Shown piece after piece: positions 1 to 9,962 of a DNA stretch of 64,000 nucleotides. The stretch is from the NCBI RefSeq assembly GCF_036321535.1, contig NC_087437.1:116004001-116068000 (forward strand). The letters are read 5' to 3'. The DNA is from Camelus dromedarius. Taxonomy: Eukaryota. Below the pieces are notes generated by a model that was not told where the DNA came from, did no database searches, and was given only the letters and a program-made list of their open reading frames with translations. The position numbers were made by a program, and so were the translations under genes. Position 1 is the stretch's first letter, and the number at the start of each line of letters is the position of its first letter.

Positions 1-145
1 AAGGAGATACTAGACCTTTTGTTATAGAGAGTACTGATTCTATATATACTTAAAAAGAAAATTTCTTTTACTCTGCCAACAAAAGTCAACCCAGGCCACT
101 GTTCCGGATAACTTGCAACCTTTAAATTTTTCAATTCTTTCCCAG

Positions 146-490
146 TTCATTCAGGAAGCACTTAATGAGTGTCTCCTAGATACTGGACACTGTGTTAGAA
201 GATCAATAAAAAAGTCTGTGACCTCAGGCAGCTCAGGGAGTGCACAGTCTGCCCAGAGAGCTGGGCATGGTCAGATAATGTCACTGTAATAGGCAGGAGC
301 TATGACAGAAGTAAGTTCAGGGCGCTCCAGGAGCACAGAGGGAAATCTAACCCACACAGGAAGGCTTCCTGAAGAAGGTGGCTTCTGAGATTAGCCAGGA
401 AGTATGAATAGGGTTAGCTGGTCCACAACGGGGGCAAGGCATTCCAGGAAGAGGGAAAAAGCATGAACAAAGCGGTAAAGGCAAGAACCA
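146..490 (-). mobile_element. LINE-2 3' fragment
   Basis: TTCATTCAGGAAGCACTTAATGAGTGTCTCCTAG...CACTGTGTTAG resembles the reverse complement of the L2 3' terminus; downstream GGAAGGCTTCCTGAAGAAGGTGG and GCATTCCAGGAAGAGGG are typical L2 motifs. Confidence 0.7.
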
Positions 491-503
491 GCAGTGTGGC
501 TGG

Positions 504-725
504 TACGTGTGTGTGTGCATGTATATTTGTGTGTATATGCATGCGTGCATTTGTGTGTTCATGTATACGTATGTGTATACACGTGTGCGCGTGCATGTGT
601 ATCTGTGTGTTCATGCATGTACACATGTTTTCTGTTTCTGCATGTGCAGGTGTGTGGATGCATGTGAGCCCATGTGTGAGTGTTTACACATGCATGGGCA
701 CGTGTGTGTGAGCTTATGCGTGGCT
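504..725. repeat. Degenerate (TG)n/(TGCA)n/(TGTA)n low-complexity repeat
   Basis: Alternating purine-pyrimidine tract seen directly; it produces the spurious C/V/M/H-rich ORFs in the track. Confidence 0.9.
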
Positions 726-1798
726 ATGTGGTGGAATTGGCAAAGGAGGGGTGAGGGCAGGGAATACAAAGAATTCCACACTTCTGAAAGGTCAAGTGCA
801 AGGAGGGCAGCATGATGAGGGTGGAGCCAGGTCTGGGGGGTCCTCGAGCAACACACTGAGGAGACCGGCTTTGGGTTTTCCTTCCAGGGACTCTCTTGAT
901 AATCTTCACGGAGTGAGATGTGTGATGGGAGCAGGTCAGGACGGGTAGCCTCTTACACCTTTGGAATAGTTTGGGTTCCCCAGAGGCAGAGCCTGAGGCA
1001 GGGATCCGGGAGTCCTGGCTTAAAGAGGCCACGCTCTCAGGAGAAAGATGCGGGATACGGTAGGGGCTAAGCAAGGCTGCGCGCTCAGCCGAGGCTCTGC
1101 CTCAGCCCGATTCTGTAGTGAGACTGCATCACAGAGCCCGTTCTGCCTCCTGAAAAGTGGGCGTCCTTTTGCTCCTGGTATCAGTTGGTCTCTGGGGGTG
1201 GGGATGGCGAGAGGATGCATTTGTGGCCGAGGCCCGTTCTCCAGAGAAGGGTCAGCTGTGCGTGCTTACTGGTTGGCACCTAAGGGGATGGGTGCACTGG
1301 CTGGTGATGGGTATCTGGGCAGGACACCAATAGCATCTACTCACAGTACATAGTATTTTTATAAATTCCTTGAGCAGTTCTAGAAATTAGGGTTAAATTA
1401 ATTTGATGTTAGTTGCTTTCATTGAGAAAACTTCCTTTAACATAATAAACACCCTCAATAACAGTACTATGATTTTTTTGCAGAGTATTTCTCAGCTCCA
1501 TATTGGATTACTAAATTCTTAGCTTACTGATTTTTTTTGCCATAGGTTCTATGCCAAAAATCACTTCCGTAACATTCCAGATAGAAAGCAGACATTCTTT
1601 TTAACCGAAGTCTTAAAAAATAGTTTCAAATTTAAGATGGGCTTGAATTAATAAAACCTGTACCTGAGAAGCCAGCAATACCCTGAAACTCTCTTCCGTC
1701 TGATGTTGGCATGGTGCTTAGACAAGGCTTTCCTGTCCCTAATCCACGAGGGTGTGGGTGGGAGGAGGGGAGCCATTTACCAAACCTGAGTTTGGTTA

Positions 1799-1900
1799 CT
1801 GTTAAAGAGAAATTATCCTGACACTTGTTACAGTGATAAGACTTTATTTAAGACTATTGTAACCGGGGAGAGAGACTGAACTCAGCTGCAACCGCTACTA
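1799..1900 (-). mobile_element. Short ERV LTR fragment
   Basis: TGTTAAAGAGAAATTATCCTGACACTTG...GACTTTATTAAG...GGGGAGAGAGACTGAACTC resembles the reverse-complemented 3' end of an LTR, including an antisense AATAAA. Confidence 0.45.
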
Positions 1901-3356
1901 GCTTGGACAGCAGTAACTGTTTCGGCAGAAAGAATTGGCTCCCCATAGTGGAGGAAGGACTCCTAAATTGATTCTAGGTCCTGCCTGTTTGCTTTTCGGG
2001 TGGGGATGTGTTTATGTTGCCTAGAAAGAGGTAGCATGACCAGACACTAGCAGAAGAGCCCTCACTCTGTTCCCCTTTTATAATACTCAACTACGTGTTA
2101 TGAAACAACAGAGAGAGAGATTGAAAAGAACACAGTAGTTAAGGGACCTGTTAAAAGTGACTGCAGTTTGGCTTACTCCTGCTGGAACCAAAAGCAAGGA
2201 AATAGGCTGCTTTGTTTTGGGAGATAAAGAAAGAAAGAAAGAAAGAAAAAAAAAAGAAACAAAACATACCACCAACAAAACAAGCCCACAGATACATTTA
2301 ACCAGAAGTGTATTTATTTAGTCCTCTGAAATGTCTTAATATGGGGCTAGATGTTCTGTTTATAAATCTGTAATTACAAGTAACTGTGTTGCAATGATGA
2401 TAAAATTGCAGGATTTTTATGTGGGGATTTAATGGCATTAATTGGAGCCGTGAGCACTACTTAATTAACCTGAGAATATGGGCTTCTGGTGAAAAGCCAC
2501 TGCTTCCAGGTAAGCCTGTGTTCCAGGAACAGCAGTGTTTAAACATTTAAAGGCTGTCAATTACTGATGGCGGTAGTCAGTGCTCCTGACAAGCAGTCAC
2601 CTGGGGGCTGGGAAGTAGGGAAGCATTTGATTTCTGTAGGTGGAAATGCTCGGAGTGCAGATAGTGTTGGGACAAGTTCTTTTTCCAGAACTGTAAGCCC
2701 ATCAGAGCAAGAGATCTAAGGCCAGCTCTCCCCCACTCTCCTGGCATCCTTTCCTCCTCCCTCCTACCTCCGAGCTGGGACTGCCCATTCCCTGGAACTC
2801 AGCCCTCTGCTCAGGTCACAGGATGGGAGGAAACCAACTAGGCTGGAAAGTTAAATGGGCATCTGAGCAGGAGCCATTGAAGATGGAAATAAAAATTCAC
2901 AAAGGAAACCTTGCATTTTATCCTCAACTATTCTCTTCCCTCCCTATTCAAATGGGGATTCTGTTTTTATTGCTGATTTTTTTTCTTCTGAACTGAAATT
3001 GTCTAATGTAATTTTAACTAGCAGAATTGCTGAACTTAATTTGATGGAATAGAAAAAGGAGGGCTTTGTTGTCTTAAAAAGAACAAATGTTAGCCAATTC
3101 TTGTTTATGAACACAATAAACCAAGACTTACTGGGGAGAGGAGTGGAGGGTAAGTGGAAGATGCAGAGAAAAAGGGCATAATATTTATAACATTGTGAAT
3201 GAAACATTAAGAATGGGCAAATTAAAACAATCTTTTAGCAGAAAGGACATATGTGTTGCTCAAACTTGAATCCATGTGTTCCAATCTCTTCTTTGGAATT
3301 GTGCAGAATGCTGAGCTACTTTGGTGATGGGAGAAGCTTGATGTGAAGCTTGTGTT

Positions 3357-3493
3357 ATTTTTTTATTGAGAAATAATTTTTAAAATTGAGTTATAGTCAT
3401 TTTACAATGTTGTGTCAAATTCCAGTGTAGCACACAATTTTTCAGTTATACATGAACATACATATATTCATTGTCACTTTTTTTCACTGTGAA
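3357..3493 (-). mobile_element. Young, heavily 5'-truncated L1 (3' UTR plus A-rich tail) with 12-bp TSD
   Basis: GAAGCTTGTGTT flanks both sides (3345-3356 and 3494-3505); TT|AAAA endonuclease site on the minus strand; body is close to the reverse complement of 53490-53610. Confidence 0.85.
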
Positions 3494-3664
3494 GAAGCTT
3501 GTGTTTTTAAAGGAACCATCCTATGTGCTCATACATGAATGAAATGCAAGTGAGGAAACCATGCAACATCTCACTTCTAGAAGATTTTTAATCAGAAAAT
3601 GCTGTTCTATACCTGTCTCGTAGTGGGAACACTGTAATCAAAGAAGAGGACACTTTCCTTTAAA

Positions 3665-4800
3665 ATGTGGGGACCCAGCAATTCCACTCCCGGATATTTA
3701 CCCAGAGTATTGAAAGCACATGTCCACAGAAAGACTTGCCCAAGAATATTCACAGCATCCAAAACCCAAGAACCAACTCAAATGGCCATCCACTGGGGAA
3801 TGGACAAACAACTTGTGTATTCACATAGTGGAATATTAATCTGCAATGAAAAAAGCCTCCTGATACATGGGGAGAAACGTGGTTGGATCTTAAAAGCATC
3901 ATGTTGAGCAAGTGAAGCCAGATGTGTGTCAAATAAAAAACAAATCTGGACTTCACGTGGAGAGATTTTATTCACAATGGGGGAGACGGGTCTGACCATC
4001 AGATCAGCAAGGCTCTCAAAGGCTAGGGTGAGGGGCTGTTCTCTGCAGAGAGGAGTGAATAAGGCTAGGAAGAAGCAGTAGGGGAAGAAGGGTGAGAGCA
4101 GAGGTGATGGGACAGAAGATCTGGAAGGTTTTACCCTGAGGTGCAGTGAAGGTGGGGCTCTTTTTCTGGGAGGGGCTGTCTGCTGGCACTGGAGGACTGT
4201 GAGCCATAGTTCACTGGCCTGGGGAAGGGGAGACCCTTAACCCCAGTTTGGTTAACAAACATTTTGTTCTGATTGATTAGTGGGCACCAGCAGTCCAGCG
4301 AATCACTTATGAGGCAAAGGAAGGGAGTTTGCAGGCTCAGTGTCTGGCTCTCTCATCACATAAACAAGGAGGGCACCTTGGAGTCTTATTAACTTGCAGG
4401 GGGAAGTGTGCCTTTTGCTGTAAGATGTTTCCTGGAGCACAAAAAGGTAGAAGAGGGGTGTTCCTGGAAAATTTGCTGTTTTCCAGGAGCACAGAGCTCC
4501 GGTAAATTTCAGCCTTGCTATATTAAAGAGTATCATTCTATTTCTATGAAATTCTAGAAAAGGCAAAACTAAGCTACAGTGGTAGATGAGTGGCTGCCTG
4601 GCGGCAGTGGTGGGCATGAGGACTGACTGTCCAAGGGCATAAGGAAACTTTTGAGGGTGACAAAATCAAAATTCAAAATCTTGATTGTGGTGATAGTTGC
4701 ATTGTATATACGTTTTCCCAAATTCATGGAACTATGCACTTAGAATGGCAGCATTTGACTGCTTGCAACTGTATCTCAGTAAAATTGATTCTGAAAAATA
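3665..4800 (+). mobile_element. Old L1 (L1M-type) 3' end interrupted by an LTR
   Basis: GACCCAGCAATTCCACTCC...ATTTACCCAGAG and GAAGCCAGA in the left part; resumes near 4525 with ATTCTATTTCTATGAAATTCTAGAAAAGGCAAAACT. Confidence 0.8.
3924..4520 (-). mobile_element. ERV-type solo LTR nested in the L1
   Basis: About 600 bp of non-L1 sequence splits the L1 consensus; antisense AATAAA near 3967-3972; the minus-strand start (TAGCAAGGCTGAAATTTACCGGAGCTCTGTGCTCCTGGAAAACAGC) is LTR-like. Confidence 0.6.
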
Positions 4801-5644
4801 TAAGATGGTGAAAACCTAATGGCCGTGAGCTGAGGCATGGAAGCCAGGCATCACCTGCGAGCTGTGAGATGGGTATTGGACAACTGCTGCTCCTCACCAA
4901 GTGTCACTTTCCCCCTTAATGCCCACCTCTTAAGATTGCTTAGACCTTTAAAGACATCTGCCCAGCAGGAGCTCAACCCTAATGTCCCTTATTGCTGTCA
5001 CCGCCATCGCTGTGCCTTTCTCTTCATCTGTGTCTCCCAGGCAATGTGATGCAGTGGAGAGAGAATGAGATTTCAAGGCAGAGGATCTGGGCTGCAGGTG
5101 CTTCACCTGCAGTGTCTTCAGCTATAAAACAAGGAAATATAATAATCTGGGCTCAGCTATATTGCAGTATGTTTATGGAAATCAACTGTGAATGCATACG
5201 TAAGCTAAAGCAATATCACAAGTGGAAACAAGCCAGTAAATGGAATTGTTTTGCTTCTTTATGCCTCTGTATTTTCTAATTTCTTTTTCACAAAGAAGAT
5301 GAATTATCCCCATAATCAGGAAAAAAAAATGTAAAGTAATTTCCATTTCAGAAACAGACGCTGCAGGCCTGGGGTAAGTACTTAGATATTTGTTTGAAAA
5401 ACAGGTATATAAGAAGAGGTGATTATGTAATTTGTCTTCTAGGGAGGTCACTTTTGGAAGTGGAAAAAGGTGCTGTCACTAATTTCACCAGGACAACCTG
5501 CACAGACCATGACTATCTGGAGAAGACTGAGATGTCCGGTCATCTACAGGTAAAGGGCATGGAAACTAACATTTACTCCCAAATTCCTCTTAAAAATAAC
5601 GAATGTTAACACTTGAGGGTGCTTAATTATTCATGTATTTACTC

Positions 5645-6655
5645 TTCTCCCAGTTTTATGGAGAAATATTTGACATACACACTGTGTAATTTTAAGGTGT
5701 ACAGCATGGCGGCTTGATTTACACACATATACTGAAAAGTGATTATTGCAAAAGGTGGATATTAAGCCCTTATGAAATATATGGTTGGCAAATAGTTTTT
5801 ACTTGTTCTATAGGTTTTTATTTCACTTTGTTGATGGTTTCTTTCACTGCAAGAAAATTATTAGTTTGATGTAGTTCTGCTGGTTTGTTTTATTTTATTA
5901 CTCGTACTTTAGGTGACATATTAAAAAAAAATCATTTGCCAAAATTCATGTGCGGGAGTTTAAGTCATATGTTTTCTTCTAGGAGTCTCATGGTTTCAGG
6001 TCTAACACTTAAGTCTTTGCTCAATTTTAAGTCAATATTTGTGAGTGGACTAAGATAGGGGTCCGGTTTCACTCTTTTACATGTGAATATGCAGTTTTCC
6101 CAGAATCACCTTTTGAAGAGATCGTCTTTTCTCTACTGAGCATCCTTGGCTCCCTCATCAGAAGTTAGTCGACCATATACGCTTTGGTTCCTTTCTGGGC
6201 TGGCTCTCAGTTACGTTCCATGGATCCATGCGTCTGTCTCTATGTTTGCGCTTCACTGTTTTGATTACTTCAGCTTTATAGGGTAACTTGAAATCAGGGA
6301 GTGTGCTATTTCCTGCTTTGTTCTTCTCCTCAGGGTTTCTTAAATTATTTGGAGTCTTTTGTGGTTCCATATACATTTTAGGAGTGTGTTTCCTTATTCT
6401 GTAAAAACGCTGTTGGAGTTTTGATAGAGATTGTGTTGAATATATAGATGGCTTTTGGTTGCACTGAAATTTTAGCGATATTAATTCTTCCAACTCGTGA
6501 ACATGAGTACCTTGCCATTGATGTGTGTCTTCTTTGATTTCTTTCACCAACGTCTTGTAGTTTTGAAACTGGAGAGCTTTCACCTCCTTGGTTAAATTTA
6601 TTCCTAAATATTTTATTGTTTTCAATGCCATTGTAAATGGGAAGAAAGTGCTTTT
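5645..6655 (-). mobile_element. L1 fragment (3' end plus ORF2 remnant, internally deleted)
   Basis: Minus-strand translation FPFTMALKTIKYLGINLTKEVK...NYKTLVKEIKEDT...EKNKAGNSTLPDFKL matches L1 ORF2, with frameshifts. Confidence 0.9.
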
Positions 6656-6779
6656 TAAAATATCTGACATCGCTGGATTTCCACGTTAAGAAAAACTGAG
6701 AAGCATTGATTACTTTCTACTTGCAACGGTGAAAATGGGAATTGCACGACAGGAATATTAGAGAGCTCCTTGCCTGGGT

Positions 6780-7475
6780 GGACAAAATAACCATCCCCAA
6801 CGAGCAGCAGTGAACATTCTGTGCTTCTGGATAAGGCACCCTGAGAAGGAGAAATCACCACTGTGTAGAATTTAAGCCAGAGATGTATTATCTCAATCTA
6901 AGCACAAGGAAACATCAAAGACACCCACTTTGATCAACTGTTTAAAAAAAAATGACTTATATTTTCTAAAAATGGGAAAGCCATGATAAAGAAAGCCTGA
7001 GAAAATGTTCCAGTGAAACAGTCTAGAGACGTGGTCAATGAGTGCAACACGTGATCCTAAACTGGATCCTCTCCTGGAAGGGAAAATTGTACAAAGGGCA
7101 TTTTTGGACAATGGAGAACATTAGAATATAGTCTATATTTAAATCAAAGGATTTTATCCATGTGAATTTCCTGAACTGATAACTGAACTGTGTTTATTTT
7201 AGAAAGAATATCCTTGTTCATAGGAAACACACATTGAAGCATTAGGAGGTAAAGAGGAATGATGTACGAAATCTACTTTCAAAAGTTCCAGAGAAACTTG
7301 TGTGTGTACAAAGCCATTTACCACGAGACTCTGGGAGAGAGAATATAATGAGACTAATGTAGCAAAATGTTAAAAATGGATGAATCTGAGTAAATGGCCC
7401 ATGGGAATGCTCTGAATTATTCTTGCAATATTTTTGTAAATTCAATACTATTATGAAATGCAGAGTTTTTAAAAA
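6780..7475 (+). mobile_element. Old L1 (L1MC-like) 3' UTR fragment
   Basis: GGAAACACACATTGAAGCATTAGG...GCAAAATGTTAAAAATGGATGAATCTGAGTAAA...TTGCAATATTTTTGTAAATT is a typical old L1M 3' end. Confidence 0.65.
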
Positions 7476-8398
7476 TTCAGGAAGCTGCTAAGCATTGATG
7501 AGTAAACCCGGGTCCCAGGTTTGGAGACCTCAGGCTGTCATTAACACTCTAGATGGAAGTGAGCTGCTGTGCAGATGAGCTGAGACAGACACTTACACGT
7601 GGTTTAGCAGGAGAGGGGAAGATGAAGACACAGGTTTCTCTTTTGCTGCTGAAATTTAGCTTCTGTAGGCTTTGTTGGGGATGGCAGCACAGGGGACAAG
7701 AAGTAGACAGGCACCTGATGCCAGTGAATCTGGTTCTTCTTGAAACTGAGCTCCCTGGGAGACTGGGATTGTCCAGTAAGAGGTCAGCACCTTCCCAACA
7801 TGGGCATTTTATGGATTATAATACAACATGAAAATGCAAATTGTTGTCATGAAGGAAGGTGTCCCATAACATGCTGGAGTTATTGCCTCCCCCAAGTCCA
7901 ATGTCAGTCCCAGCATCAGACCAAGAGCGGAGACACTGGAAAACGTCATGGCTGAGGCATCTGTCCAGGTGCCAGGCATCGAGGCGGTCAGTTAGGACAA
8001 CGAGCTAAACTGAAAGAAGCAATCAAGTACTGGTTCTCCTACTGCGACAGTCCCAGCAAGAGACAGAAAACTCCCCAGGGTTCCATCTCCTCCACAGGAC
8101 GGCACCAGACGGGGGTCAGTTAGACAGAGGGTGATGGTATTTGCCAAGAGGAGAAAGCCAGGAGTGGGAAAGGACTCACTCAGAGTGGAGAAAAGTTCCT
8201 CCCTTAACCAAGGACCTTGTGGAGCTAGTCTTGGTGGAGGCTCCTGGGCTAGGAATGTGGACTTGTGTGTCAGCCTGGCTGGCCTGGGGGGCTCAGTCCT
8301 TGATGGCAACCCCCTCAGGAAAAGGGCAGCACACTGCTGGGCACCAAGTCTGATGCGGGGACGGGAGCTCCCCGCATGAATTCTGTGGGGCAGTGCCT

Positions 8399-8660
8399 TG
8401 TATCAGCCAGGGTTCTCCAGAGAAACAGAACCCATAGGGTGTGTGGATAGATAGACAGACAGATGAGGATTATTATAAGGAATTGGCTCATGTAATTATG
8501 AACGCTGAGAAGGCCAGACCCGGGAGAACCAATGATACAATTCCAGCCCAAGTCTGAAGGCGTGAGAACCAGGAGAGCTGATGTTGGGGGTACCAGTCAA
8601 AGGCTGAGTCCAAAGGCAGGAGAAGCCAGAGTCCCAGCGCGAAGACAGGCAGGCAGAGAG
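8399..8660 (-). mobile_element. MLT2-like ERVL LTR, partial
   Basis: TGTATCAGCCAGGGTTCTCCAGAGAAACAGAACC...GGAATTGGCTCATG; same family as 16903-17377. Confidence 0.8.
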
Positions 8661-9373
8661 CCTACATCTGACCTGCAACAGCACACATAGGACTATGGCC
8701 TGGAGCTGGACGCCTTACCTTGTCTGAGTAAGAAAATCCAGCCAAGTTGGAGACTGTTCTCCTTCAGGTGATGGTGGGTTGCACTTTCTCCTCATAGAAG
8801 TCCAGTGAGGATGTGGGAACCACAGCTGGAAGGCTCACGCCCAGACCGTCTTGGCCCCAAGAAGCGGGCTGCCCTCCGCGTGTGCACGGGGTGGCGTAAG
8901 CGCCTTGCTGGCGCTCGGCGTGCTGGCGCCTGTGTGAGCGTCTCCTGGCTTCACCCCTTTCCTCCACTGGCTTCTGCAGGACACTTGCTGTGACACTTCA
9001 GGGAACCTGGAGTGGGCGTGTGCGCTTGAGGCTGCCCTGCACCAACGTTTGTAGCCCCCCCTGCGAGGGACCGCCACCTGCTGAGGTGTGCGGATTCCTC
9101 CATGGGAGGGTCCTAAAGCTCTAGGCCAGTGCGGGGGGGGGGGAGGCAAAAACCACGGCTTGGTGAAACAGAGATGGACTCCGCAGGCATTCTCAAGACA
9201 TAATTTAAATTCACTCCACAACAGGGGAGCTAGTAAAGGGAAGGCAGAGCCCAGCTAAGAGCAGGGGTGGGATCCTGATTTAAAAAATCATAGGGTTGGT
9301 GGGCAAGAGCTGCAGAAGACGGCAGCCAATCACGCTTTCAGGAGGAGAAAGGATATCTATTTAAGGTCATTGT

Positions 9374-9570
9374 ACTATATATAAAAATAGATAAAAAACA
9401 AATTTCTTCTGTGTAACACAGGGAACTATATTCAATACCTTTTAATAACCTTCAGTGAAAAAGAATATGAAAATGAATATATGTATGTGTATGTGTGACT
9501 GGGATACGATGCTGTACACCAGAAATGGACACATTGTAACTGATTACATTTCAATTAAAAAAATAAAATG
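9374..9570 (+). mobile_element. 5'-truncated L1 3' UTR with A tail and 11-bp TSD
   Basis: TSD AAGGT[C/T]ATTGT at 9363-9373 and 9571-9581, preceded by TT; body CACAGGGAACTATATTCAATA...GCTGTACACCAGAAA; A-rich tail. Confidence 0.85.
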
Positions 9571-9659
9571 AAGGTTATTGTGCAATTAAATTCCAGAGAC
9601 ACACCAGCCGAGGCTGACACTGGCTCCCAACAGTGCTCAGCAGCTTCGGAACCTCAGGC

Positions 9660-9810
9660 AGGGAACTCAAACTAAACTGTTAACTCAGTCTCCTCATGTG
9701 TATCTTGGTGAATTTCATGGTATGGCTTTCATCGAGCTGTTGAGAGGATTGAATAAGATGGTACTAATTAAAGCATGAGATGGTTTGGATCCATTCTGAG
9801 GGCTCAAAAT
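9660..9810 (+). mobile_element. MIR fragment
   Basis: CTCAGTCTCCTCATGTGTA...GCTGTTGAGAGGATTGAATAAGATG resembles the MIR core. Confidence 0.55.
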
Positions 9811-9962
9811 ATATTTACATATTACATGTATGTACACTTACAGATACATGCATGTATATCGTATATTACATATGCAAGTAAATACATACACATACATGCA
9901 CGTTTATTATATATTGTGTATGCAAGTGTATCTATATATACATACATACATATATATATAGT
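9810..9962. repeat. Degenerate (TA)/(CATA)n low-complexity repeat
   Basis: Seen directly in the sequence. Confidence 0.8.

Noticed and set aside
347..856. Cys/Val/His-rich ORFs
   Set aside because: Translations of the (TG)n-type simple repeat
5092..5112. CTGCAGGTG-ctt-CACCTGCAG inverted repeat (paired E-boxes)
   Set aside because: A 9-bp stem is plausible by chance in 64 kb and there is no supporting context
6158..6670. 170-aa ORF resembling a reverse-transcriptase protein region
   Set aside because: Frameshifted L1 ORF2 remnant, not a host gene or an active element
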